Shown: piece by piece, positions 37,758 through 47,400 of the stretch
Layout: each line of letters begins with the position of its first letter
Numbering within the stretch: the stretch's first letter is position 1
Assembly (NCBI GenBank): GCA_016841605.1
Contig: JAENYV010000001.1
Location: 165,553 to 229,552, forward strand
DNA length: 64,000 bases
Source of the DNA: Dethiobacter alkaliphilus
GTDB lineage: Bacteria; Bacillota; Dethiobacteria; DTU022; UBA8154
Direction of reading: 5' to 3'
Program-made: the position numbers and the translations under genes
The notes under the pieces: model-generated
Databases searched by the model: none
Told to the model about the DNA's origin: nothing
The model's input: only the letters and a program-made list of their open reading frames with translations

Positions 37758-38449
37758 AGTTGCTTACGGTCTGTGGCCCACCTTCTTCAGGGAAAACTTC
37801 CGTTATCACGAAAACCATAGAGATCCTGCGGCAGCAGGGGCTGAACGCGGGAGTGGTTAAATTTGATTGCCTGACAACTCATGATGATGCTTTATACGAA
37901 GAAAAAGGAATCAAAAATAAAGTCGGTCTCTCCGACAGCCTTTGCCCCGATCATTTTCTGGTGAGCAATATTGAGGGGTGTCTTCGCTGGGGCATCGATC
38001 AGGGTTTCGATCTTCTCATCACCGAAAGCGCAGGCCTCTGCAGCCGGTGTTCTCCTCATATTAAGGGTGTTCCGGCCGTGTGCGTGATGGATAACCTGAT
38101 GGGAATCAATACCCCGAAAAAAACCGGCCCCATGCTGAGATTCGCCGATATCGTCGTTATTACTAAAGGAGATATTGTTTCTCAGGCCGAAAGAGAAGTG
38201 TTTGCCTTCAGGATTAAACAGGTAAACCCCCGGGGCAAGATCCTGCATATAAACGGAATTACCGGGCAGGGAACGTTTCAATTGGCCGGGTTGTTTATGG
38301 AGGCCGGGGATATCCGGACCCTTAAAGACAAAGAGCTCCGCTATTCCATGCCTTCGGCCCTTTGTTCCTACTGCCTGGGGGAAAGACAAATCGGAGAAGA
38401 ATTTCAAATGGGAAGCGGAAAAAAAATGGTTTTTGATGAGGTAAAGTGA
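37754..38449 (+). CDS. G3E-like (HypB/UreG/CobW-type) P-loop metallochaperone GTPase candidate
   Basis: The GTG at 37754 overlaps the upstream TGA (GTGA coupling). P-loop CGPPSSGKTS, ITESAGL (like the ExxG Mg site), ITKGD (NKxD-like), and Cys/His-rich CPDH and CSRCSPH. Confidence 0.55.
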   Translation: MKLLTVCGPPSSGKTSVITKTIEILRQQGLNAGVVKFDCLTTHDDALYEEKGIKNKVGLSDSLCPDHFLVSNIEGCLRWGIDQGFDLLITESAGLCSRCSPHIKGVPAVCVMDNLMGINTPKKTGPMLRFADIVVITKGDIVSQAEREVFAFRIKQVNPRGKILHINGITGQGTFQLAGLFMEAGDIRTLKDKELRYSMPSALCSYCLGERQIGEEFQMGSGKKMVFDEVK

Positions 38450-38450
38450 G

Positions 38451-39452
38451 ATGGGTTTACAACAAAATTCTTTCCTGAAAATGGAACAGCTCATAAAAGA
38501 GTATCCGCCGCTGAGAGGTTTTTTAGAGAACATGAACCTGCCTCTTGACAAGATTACGCTTCTCCCGGAAGAGTATTTTCGCTCTCTGGATAGCTTTGTT
38601 TTGGAAGAAACAGGTTTGGGGCGGGTGGAGTTGCAGGATCTTTTCCAGTCTTACCTCCAACACCTGCAAATGATCAAGGAGGATCAGGGAAGCATCGGTT
38701 CCTTGACCCTATGGGGCGGTCAGGATAAAGCGGGAAAGCCGGAAGAGGTGCATCTGCATATACAAAGGGGGGAGATAGTCTGTCTTGTGGGTCCCACCGG
38801 TTCGGGCAAGAGCAGGCTTTTGGAGGATATTGAGTGGCTGGCGCAGCAAGATACCGTCACCCGCAGAAAAGTAACCATCGACGGAAATGTTCCCCGTGAG
38901 GAGTTGAGGTTTTCCTCCGGACGAAAATTGGTCGCGCAGCTGTCGCAGAATATGAATTTTGTGATGGATGTCACTGTTTATGAATTTCTTAAGATGCACG
39001 CTGAAAGCCGCTTGATGAAAAATATAGAAGAACTGGTGGATATCGTGGTTGAACAGGCCAATCTCCTTACCGGGGAAAGTTTTGGGAAGGATGTGCCGGT
39101 CACATCATTGAGCGGCGGGCAGTCACGCGCTTTGATGATTGCCGATACGGCCGCGTTAAGCGTAGCACCGGTCGTTCTCATTGACGAAATTGAGAATGCC
39201 GGTATTAACAGGAGTAAAGCGCTGGAGCTGCTGGTCAGCCGGGATAAGATCGTCTTTATCGCCACCCATGATCCCATTTTGGCTCTCATGGGCCACAAAA
39301 GGCTAGTAATGAAAAACGGGGGAATGATCAAAGTCCTGGAAAGATCGGAAAAAGAACTTGAGGCTCTTGAGAAACTTCAAATGATAGATAGAAAAATTAA
39401 TGAAGCCCGGCAACTACTGAGGGAAGGTGCGAAACTGGAAAGTTTATTTTAG
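38451..39452 (+). CDS. Soluble ABC-type ATPase with ~100-aa N-terminal extension (no cognate permease adjacent)
   Basis: Walker A GPTGSGKSRLL, signature LSGGQSRALMIAD, Walker B VLIDEIENAGI and an H-loop-like ATHD. Confidence 0.65.
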   Translation: MGLQQNSFLKMEQLIKEYPPLRGFLENMNLPLDKITLLPEEYFRSLDSFVLEETGLGRVELQDLFQSYLQHLQMIKEDQGSIGSLTLWGGQDKAGKPEEVHLHIQRGEIVCLVGPTGSGKSRLLEDIEWLAQQDTVTRRKVTIDGNVPREELRFSSGRKLVAQLSQNMNFVMDVTVYEFLKMHAESRLMKNIEELVDIVVEQANLLTGESFGKDVPVTSLSGGQSRALMIADTAALSVAPVVLIDEIENAGINRSKALELLVSRDKIVFIATHDPILALMGHKRLVMKNGGMIKVLERSEKELEALEKLQMIDRKINEARQLLREGAKLESLF

Positions 39453-39545
39453 AGTAGCACATATAAACGGGTTTCATAAATAGGACGCTCGTACGGCGCT
39501 ATTTTTTGCTTTACTTAAATATTTATATTATTGGGAGGTTTTTTA

Positions 39546-40367
39546 GTGAAAAGGTTTTTTGGGATTTGTGTTGCAGTTTTCTTTATTGTCTTGTTGGGGG
39601 TAACAGGCGGTTGCGGGTCCGGGAATACGGATGACGCTTCCGGTGCAGGTCAAGAAATACAGCCGGGCAGCACGGGAGAAGAGCTCCTGGTCTACAGTGG
39701 TGCCGGATTACGCAAACCAATGGAAGAAATTGCGGGAATGTTCCAGGAAGAAACCGGTATTTTGGTTCAATTTTCCTTTGGTGGTTCAGCTCAGTGTGTC
39801 GGTCAGATTCTGACCGTCGATAAGGGGGATGCCTTTTTGCCGGGGGATGTGGTAGAATTAGATAAATTGATTGAAAAAGATAAGATTGACCTGCAAAAAC
39901 CGGTAGTTCTGCATGTCCCTGTGCTCGCTGTTCCTGCGGGTAATCCCGCCGGGATAACCGGAATAGAAGATCTTGCCGAACCGGGAATTAAGGTTGTTTT
40001 GGGCGACCCTGAGGCCAATCCGATCGGTAAACTGGCTGATAAGGCATTGCAAGAGCTTGGCCTTTTTGAAAAAGTGCAGGCTAATGTCGTGGCCCGGGCA
40101 GCTACGGTCAATGAGCTCTTTGCTTACCTTGCCCTGGGACAGGCAGATGTTGCCGTCATTTGGGAAGACAATCTGGTCGGCAATGAAAAGATCGAACTGA
40201 TTCAGACTTCGGATTTTGATAACTTTATCAAAACTATCCCTGTTGTCTCTTTGAAATGCTCGACCAACCCTGAAGCGGCCAACCGGTTTGTTGAGTTCGT
40301 ATCAAGTGAAAAAGCGATGGGCGTTTGGGAGAAATGCGGGTTTAAACCGGCACCGGAGGCCGAGTAG
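39546..40367 (+). CDS. modA: Molybdate/tungstate ABC transporter substrate-binding lipoprotein (ModA family)
   Basis: GTG 8 nt after GGGAGG, in frame with the listed 39531. Lipobox LLGVTGGCGS. The ModA-like body contains LLVYSGAGLRKPMEEI..FSFGGSAQ..GDPEANPIGK..QADVAVIWE. Confidence 0.75.
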   Translation: MKRFFGICVAVFFIVLLGVTGGCGSGNTDDASGAGQEIQPGSTGEELLVYSGAGLRKPMEEIAGMFQEETGILVQFSFGGSAQCVGQILTVDKGDAFLPGDVVELDKLIEKDKIDLQKPVVLHVPVLAVPAGNPAGITGIEDLAEPGIKVVLGDPEANPIGKLADKALQELGLFEKVQANVVARAATVNELFAYLALGQADVAVIWEDNLVGNEKIELIQTSDFDNFIKTIPVVSLKCSTNPEAANRFVEFVSSEKAMGVWEKCGFKPAPEAE

Positions 40368-40370
40368 TAA

Positions 40371-41180
40371 ATGAAGAAACTTTGGTGGAAAGACAAATTT
40401 AACATCTTTATGGCTGCAATAGCTTATCTTACTCTTCTTTTTATTATTGCTGCTATTGGAACGGTAATAATGAAGGGGTTTCCGCATATCGGTAAATCCC
40501 TTGCCACCCCGGAGATTCAATTTGCCGTCAAGCTAAGTCTTTATACTTCGCTGATTTCCACGGTTCTCTGTATTGTAATTGCCATTCCTGTAGCATTTGT
40601 TCTGGCCAGGGTGGATATCCCTTTTAAATCTCTTTTCAATACCCTGTTGGATTTACCCCTGGCCTTGCCGCCGGTGGTATCGGGTGTCTGTCTCCTGCTC
40701 TTTTTTGGGACGACAGCTTTCGGAGCCTGGCTGGAAGAGATCGGTCTCCCCTTTGTCTTCACGATAAAAGGAATCATCATTGCCCAAATTTTTGTCAACC
40801 TTCCTTTTATGATCCGGGTCATGAAGTCGACAATTCTCTCGGTGAGCCCGCGTCTGGAATTTATCGCGCGGACCCTGGGCTGTACTCCGACTCAGGCTTT
40901 CTGGAAGATAACCCTCCCTCTTTCAAGAAACGGAATCATTGCCGGGACTGTCATTACCTGGGCAAGAGCGTTAGGGGAGTTCGGAGCAGCGTTGATGCTG
41001 GCCGGAGCAACACGCTTTCGCACGGAGACTTTGCCGATCTCCCTTTTTCTCAACATGTCGACCGGAGATTTGGAAGAGGCGATGGCAGCAGCAAACCTGT
41101 TGATAATAATATCTATTATCTCTCTCTATATCTTTAACAAATTAGGCGGTGATTTTATCGGAGGGACCCGCGGTGTTTAA
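40371..41180 (+). CDS. modB: Molybdate/tungstate ABC permease (ModB/CysTW family)
   Basis: Six hydrophobic segments. The EAA loop is EFIARTLGCTPTQAFWKITLPLSRNG and ARALGEFGAALMLAG is ModB-typical. Confidence 0.75.
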   Translation: MKKLWWKDKFNIFMAAIAYLTLLFIIAAIGTVIMKGFPHIGKSLATPEIQFAVKLSLYTSLISTVLCIVIAIPVAFVLARVDIPFKSLFNTLLDLPLALPPVVSGVCLLLFFGTTAFGAWLEEIGLPFVFTIKGIIIAQIFVNLPFMIRVMKSTILSVSPRLEFIARTLGCTPTQAFWKITLPLSRNGIIAGTVITWARALGEFGAALMLAGATRFRTETLPISLFLNMSTGDLEEAMAAANLLIIISIISLYIFNKLGGDFIGGTRGV

Positions 41181-41229
41181 ATTTTAGGCGGTTAAGTAAA
41201 ACAAGCATTTTTGTTGGGGAGGACGGCAA

Positions 41230-41958
41230 ATGATAAAACTTGCAGATGTGTCAATAACGCTGGGGGATTTTTCACTGAAGAATGTTCATCTGGAAATAAG
41301 AAAAGGAGAATTCTTTACTATCCTGGGGCCGACGGGTACCGGAAAAACCGTCATCCTGGAGCTGATTGCCGGGTTGTACAGGCCGGACGCCGGTAAAGTG
41401 TTAATTAACGGAGCAGACTCTGAAAACATTCCTCCCGAAAAAAGAGAAATCGGTTTTGTTTATCAGGATTATGCACTTTTTCCCCATCTTAATGTATATA
41501 AAAACATTGCCTTTGGGCCACGACTTCGCAAAATGCCGCCTTCTGCGATTAAAGAAAATGTCCAGGGCCTGGCGGATATGCTGGAAATTACGCACCTGTT
41601 GGCCCGTTTTCCCGGTACTTTGAGCGGTGGTGAGCAGCAGCGTGTTTCACTGGCCAGAGCCCTTATCATGAAACCAAAAATACTTTTAATGGATGAACCG
41701 CTCAGTGCTCTTGATCCCAATACAAAAAGGATGTTATGCGGGGAACTGAAAAGAGTACATGAAAAATACCGCTGTACTGTTGTCCATGTTACCCATGATT
41801 TTAACGAAGCGGCTATGCTGGCGGACCGGATCGGGGTTATACTGAAGGGAAAGGTAAAGCAAGTAGGAGTTCCCAGGGAGGTCTTTGAAAGACCCCGGGA
41901 TCAAGAAGTAAAAAATTTCCTGGGCGTTGAGCCCTTAAAAGCCGTCTATGCACGATAA
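41230..41958 (+). CDS. modC: ABC ATP-binding protein (ModC-like, lacks TOBE domain)
   Basis: Walker A GPTGTGKT, signature LSGGEQQRVSLARA and Walker B LLMDEPLSALD. 242 aa. Confidence 0.75.
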   Translation: MIKLADVSITLGDFSLKNVHLEIRKGEFFTILGPTGTGKTVILELIAGLYRPDAGKVLINGADSENIPPEKREIGFVYQDYALFPHLNVYKNIAFGPRLRKMPPSAIKENVQGLADMLEITHLLARFPGTLSGGEQQRVSLARALIMKPKILLMDEPLSALDPNTKRMLCGELKRVHEKYRCTVVHVTHDFNEAAMLADRIGVILKGKVKQVGVPREVFERPRDQEVKNFLGVEPLKAVYAR

Positions 41959-42028
41959 AGAAACTTTTAGGGAATGAAAGAGGGGCATCCCTGATTTTTA
42001 ATAACTTGAACAGGTTAAAAAGGGGTGA

Positions 42029-43030
42029 GTGAAGATTATGCAGTGCGGGTATTGCGCAAGCAGGTGTGAGCTTGAAGGGAAAAAAGCAGGTGTGTGCGGG
42101 ATGTATGCTGTAGTGGATGGTGAGATCAGAGAGCGTTTTCCCAACACGTGGTCGACATATCATGCGACACATATTGAGCAGATACCGTTTTTCCATGCTT
42201 ATCCGGGCAGCAGAAGTCTTCTTGTGGGAACGGCAGGATGTAATTTTAGCTGCAGCTATTGTATGAATGCCTATGTAGCTAAGGAAAAACCCGAAAACCT
42301 GGATTTGTTTGAACTGACACCGGAAAAGCTGGTCAAAACGGCAAAATTGTCAGGCTGCCATAATATTGTGTTTGGAGTAAATGAGGTAACAGTATCGCTA
42401 CCCTCAGCCATAAATTTGGCCAAAGAGGCCAAATTGCACAACTTGCCCATGGGATGCCTCTCAAATGGATATATGACAGAGGAAGCGGCAGGTTTGCTTG
42501 CTGATCATATGTCATTTTTAAATATCAGTTTAAAATCTCTTTCTCCGGAATTTTACCAAAAATATGCCGGAGTAACCGATATAAAGCCTGTCCTGCGCAA
42601 TATTGAAAAATTTGCCGTAAAGAATCATCTGGAAATTACAACTCCGATAGTTCAGTCTGTCAATGATCATGAGATAGAGGAAATAGCAAAATATATCCGT
42701 GACATTGATCCCAATATACCCTGGCATGTATTCAGACTTCTTCCGGAGTATAAAATGAAGGATTATGCCTATCCTGACATTGAAAAAATAAGCGAGGCTT
42801 TGCAAAAAGCCGGAGAAATACTTCCTTACATCTATTTCAGTAATTTTGTCGGTTCCCCCTGGGTAAGCACAAACTGTCCTGAATGCGGTAAAACCGTCAT
42901 TAATCGTATCAGTCTGGGCACCTGTGGAGCTAAGCTGCTGAATAATCTTTTACTTGAGAACAGGTGTCCCGGCTGCGGTGAAAAAATAGCTGTTTTGGAA
43001 GATTATGAAAAGGGAATTCCGGGAAGGTGA
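42029..43030 (+). CDS. Radical SAM enzyme (PflA/AmmeMemoRadiSam-like activase fold) with N- and C-terminal Cys clusters
   Basis: The CxxxCxxC motif is GTAGCNFSCSYCMN. The N-terminus has CGYCASRC..GVCG and the C-terminus has a zinc-ribbon-like CPECG..(x)..CPGCG. Confidence 0.8.
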   Translation: MKIMQCGYCASRCELEGKKAGVCGMYAVVDGEIRERFPNTWSTYHATHIEQIPFFHAYPGSRSLLVGTAGCNFSCSYCMNAYVAKEKPENLDLFELTPEKLVKTAKLSGCHNIVFGVNEVTVSLPSAINLAKEAKLHNLPMGCLSNGYMTEEAAGLLADHMSFLNISLKSLSPEFYQKYAGVTDIKPVLRNIEKFAVKNHLEITTPIVQSVNDHEIEEIAKYIRDIDPNIPWHVFRLLPEYKMKDYAYPDIEKISEALQKAGEILPYIYFSNFVGSPWVSTNCPECGKTVINRISLGTCGAKLLNNLLLENRCPGCGEKIAVLEDYEKGIPGR

Positions 43031-43034
43031 GAGT

Positions 43035-44177
43035 ATGAGTACAGGAATAATTGATGTCAGGGACTGGCAGGTAACCGTAGATTTCCAAACAGGAAATAAA
43101 ATTGAGCTGGAAAATGAACTTACCGGTATGGTCAGGGAGATTATCCGGAACAACAGATATCCCGGGGATATGGATCTGCGAAGTATTGACTGGGTTACTG
43201 ATATGGGATTAAGGCTGGCGGACAAATACAATCCCGATTTTATGTTCCTCAGCTATGCGCAGCCGTATTTTTTTTCCGCCTATGGGCAGGGTACGCCCGG
43301 GGAATGGGAATCAGTTATGAAAAGAATATTTGACAATGTAGAAAAGTTTCTCGCGGGGACGGACTTTTGGCCTGTTGTGGTCGGACTGGGCCGTATGACC
43401 GATCTGCTGGGAAAAATTGATTTAAGTATTCTTGACTGTTTGGCAATTGCTACCAACTGGTCTTTACAATATGCAGGCCTCTTCAATCCCACGGCGGAGG
43501 ATGTAGAAAAAGTAATGGCCATGCCAAAGCTTGAAAAGGTAATTAGTAAGGAAGATTTTGTTAAGGAGTATGGCGGGAGTGAGAGCTTCATCAAAAGATT
43601 CCCCGACTATCTGCTTACTGCTGAAGAGGGTTATACCTTCAAAGGATTTGAAAGTACCTCCAGAAAAATAAAAAAAATACCTGCTAAAAATATTGAAATA
43701 CCAATATATACTACTTTGGGTGAAGTAAATTCCCTTATTGATATCAGAGGATTAATTGACAGTGTACTGCCGGAGAAAAAAGTAGCCCTGATAGTTATTG
43801 AGGCAATAGGAGCCGGAGACTTCGAGTATGAATATAAGCTATGTTCCAATAAATTAAACTCCTATATATATGAACATATTGAAAGTCAGTACCTGGCCAT
43901 GACAACGGGCAAACACTTTCAGTATCATCCTTTTCCTCCTGTTTTTAAATTTTTCGAAGAAGACAATGAAAATAAAAGTTATCCGTTTTCAGGAAGCCAC
44001 TATACACTTCCACAGGATACCATCGGCAGACGGAAGGATATTAAGAGCGGCGCGGTCGGAACAAGAGGAATGGTAACACATGTGGCAAGTGGAGCGGATA
44101 TTTGTATTGAATGTTATGCCAGACAGCTTTCCAATATGGGAACGCTGGCAGTTATTAATGATACAAAAAATGAATAA
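43035..44177 (+). CDS. Hypothetical protein (380 aa), co-transcribed with the radical SAM gene
   Basis: An ATG after AAGGTGAG, 5 nt past the rSAM stop, is preferred over the listed 43005. No motif recognised by eye. Confidence 0.5.
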   Translation: MSTGIIDVRDWQVTVDFQTGNKIELENELTGMVREIIRNNRYPGDMDLRSIDWVTDMGLRLADKYNPDFMFLSYAQPYFFSAYGQGTPGEWESVMKRIFDNVEKFLAGTDFWPVVVGLGRMTDLLGKIDLSILDCLAIATNWSLQYAGLFNPTAEDVEKVMAMPKLEKVISKEDFVKEYGGSESFIKRFPDYLLTAEEGYTFKGFESTSRKIKKIPAKNIEIPIYTTLGEVNSLIDIRGLIDSVLPEKKVALIVIEAIGAGDFEYEYKLCSNKLNSYIYEHIESQYLAMTTGKHFQYHPFPPVFKFFEEDNENKSYPFSGSHYTLPQDTIGRRKDIKSGAVGTRGMVTHVASGADICIECYARQLSNMGTLAVINDTKNE

Positions 44178-44251
44178 CAGTAATAATAAAGAAGGGATAG
44201 AAGAGAAGCCCGCAGAACGTACTGTTTTTTACACTTCCGCGAAAATTTTTG

Positions 44252-44305
44252 TTGACACCCCTTGTTTATACATATATAATTTTCCTGTAGTGGTAAAAAA
44301 GACTA
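44252..44305 (+). promoter_or_regulatory. Conserved promoter/leader element, copy 1 (TTGACA-17-TATAAT + GTAGTGGTAAAAAAGACTA box)
   Basis: TTGACA 44252-57, 17-nt spacer, TATAAT 44275-80, then TTTCCTGTAGTGGTAAAAAAGACTATTTTT. Near-identical elements occur at 52732 and 57257. Confidence 0.7.
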
Positions 44306-44464
44306 TTTTTTTTGCCGCGCAGTTTAAATCCAAGAAGTCCGGTTGTTCGTTTTTTCTATATTATGAAGAAAGTAATATGGGAAAAATATGTTTTGCAAGC
44401 ATTATGCCTGTTCAGGCATAATGCGACAGATTTTGACGTTATAAAGATAAGGGGTGTCTGAATA

Positions 44465-47400
44465 ATGCTGATTACTAACAAAAATTGGTGGTACAGGCTC
44501 CTGCCGTCTATTTTGATTGTGCTCCTGCTTCCCTGTTTCTTCGGCCTGCCGGTACCGGCCGCTGTTCATTCCGAAGGGGGCATTGTTACAATAACAGAGC
44601 CCACCGGGAATATCAAGAATACCGTTAGCAAGGAAACAGCAAGCGGACCAGGCGGTTCGGCCGGCAACAATGTCACTTTTAAGGACCAGGTTCCCGTATT
44701 TTTGAACATGAATAATCCTGACGGTGTAACCGGGAAAGAAGTGTATGCAGGGCATACCTTATCCGGAACCGACGGCGCAACCCCCGCGGATACAGACAGC
44801 CGTGGATTTATCGTGGTAATGGATGAAGCCGGAATACCAGCTCCGGCTTTGACTGCCGATACCAGCGATAACCTGCTTGGGAAGTCCATAGATATTACCT
44901 TTACGGATAATGCCTCCTGGCGGGCGGCGATTAGCGGTGTGCTTGTGGACGGGGTAGCGCTGCAGTCCGGCAAATACACGGTAAGCGCCGGCAAAATCAG
45001 CATTTCCGGCAGCGTTTTCCAGGAATCGAAAGAATACGCCATTGTAGTTGCAGCCAATGGTTACACCGATGCAAGTGTGAGCCAGATAATCGGTACATTG
45101 ATAATTACCGGAGACGGGGTGACGGATCCCCAAATTTTTACGCAGCCCCAACTCGAGGCAATGCAGCCCCAGCTCGAGGAAATGGAGCCCCAGCATGTTG
45201 TTTACAGTTGCATTAATACCTGGCCCAGCAAGAAATGGTATGTGGGAAAAGGGGTCAAATTAGAAGACCTGCTCACCCAGGCGGGACTGAAAGAAACCGC
45301 CGAACAGATTAAATTCAGTTCCGTTGATGGCTACTATATGACGCTTACAGTCAAGGAGTTATTAACGGACAAGCGTTATTGTTTTCCCAATTTCAAAACC
45401 GGTGGCGACGGAGACGGGCATATTCCCGGTGACCCGTCGGGTGCATTCGAGGTGGAGACTATTCTAGGCCTGGTCAGCGCCGAGGGCACCGACGAATCTT
45501 CCTCTATGAACGATACAAATGCCCTGTTGCTGATGCTGGGGCAGCGGTCAGTTACCGAGCAAACAGGCCCCATATTTGTTAAATACGTCAATAAAATTGA
45601 AGTATTGACTGCTGCACCGGCTAAATGGGATAATCCGACGGCGAGCCCGGATAGTGGCATAGTATCTGCGGGGACCATGGTGGAACTGCATAGCAAGTAC
45701 AACGATTTGGATAAGGTCCATTATACGACGGACGGCAGTACTCCAACCATAGAAAGTCCCATGTATAACTGGATTGCCAGCCGGTGGTGGTCCTCGCGAC
45801 AGGATGTTAAGGACGAAATAAACCACCCGATTGAAATTACAAAGAACACCGCTATTAAGGCAATAGTAATCGGTCCAGGCAAAGAGGACAGCGATATTGT
45901 CACCTTCGAGTACCAGGTTCCTGTTATTATGAACACAGATAATCTTGCCGATGCAACCGAAAACGAAGCATACGCAGGTCATACCTTCACAGCGACAGGC
46001 GGAGCTGAGCCATACAGTTTTGCAGTAACTGCCGGGACACTGCCGGCAGGCATGGTTTTAAACGGTGCCGTATTGGAAGGAACGCCGACTGAGAGTGGGA
46101 CATTTCTCTTCACTGTAACCTTAACGGACAGTGCAGATCCCGCGGATGCAGACAGCCATGAGTTTACCCTGGCGGTTGATGAGGCTGAAGTAGTCACGCC
46201 GGTCTTGAATGCCGATACGACGGACAATAAAGTTGGACAGCCGATCGAGCTGACCTTTACGGATGATGGGCTCTGGCGTTCGGCGATTAGCGGTGTGTTT
46301 GTGGACGAAGTGGTGCTTCAGCCGGAGGAATACACGGTAAGCGCCGGTAAGATTAACATAGCTGCCGGAGTCTTCACGTCAGCAAAAGATTACAGTATCG
46401 TAGTGGAAGCCGAAGGGTACGAAGATGCGGCCGTGACGCAGATTATCACTACGTCGTCAACGCCGGAGACTAAGGAACCACCGGTTCTGACCGCCGATAG
46501 TAGCGATAACCTGAAGGGACGGCCGATCGAGCTGACTTTTACGGATGATGGGCTCTGGCGTTCGGCGATTAGCGGTGTGCTGGTGGACGAAGTGGTGCTT
46601 CAGCCGGAGGAATACACGGTAAGCGCCGGTAAGATTAACATAGCTGCCGGAGTCTTCACGTCAGCAAAAGATTACAGTATCGTAGTGGAAGCCGAAGGGT
46701 ACGAAGATGCGGCCGTGACACAGATTATCACTACGTCGTCAGCGCCGGAAACTAAGGAACCACCGGTTTTGACCGCCGATAATAGCGATAACCTGCTTGG
46801 GCAGGGTATAGATATTACCTTTACGGATGATGGCTCCTGGCGTTCGGCGATTCAAGAGGTTAGTGTGGACGGCGCGGTGCTTCAGCCGGAGAAATACACG
46901 GTTAGTGCCGGTAAGATTGCCATTGTTTCCGGCGTTTTCAAGGAATCGAAAGAATACGCCATCGTAGTTAAAGCAGGCGGGTACCCCGATGCAAGTGTGA
47001 GCCAAACGATTAATAGATTGGTAATTACAGGAGCCGGGGTGACTGAATCCAAGATGTTTACGCAGTCCCAGCTCGAAGCAATGTCGCAGCGCCAGTATGT
47101 GTACAGTTGCATCAATACCTGGCCCAGCAAAAAGTGGTATGTGGGAAAAGGGGTCAAATTGAGCGATCTGCTCACACAGGCGGGGATGAAGGGAAACGCC
47201 AAGCTCATTAAATTTTCTGCCGGCGATGGTTATGCCATGACACTTACTGTTCAGGAAATATTAACGGACAAGCGTTATCGTTTTCCTAATTTCAAGACCG
47301 GTGGCGATGGAGACGGGCATATTCCCGGCGATCCGTCGGGCAAAGTAGAGGTGGAAACTATTCTTGGGCTGGTCAGCGCCGAGGGCACGGACGACCCCTC

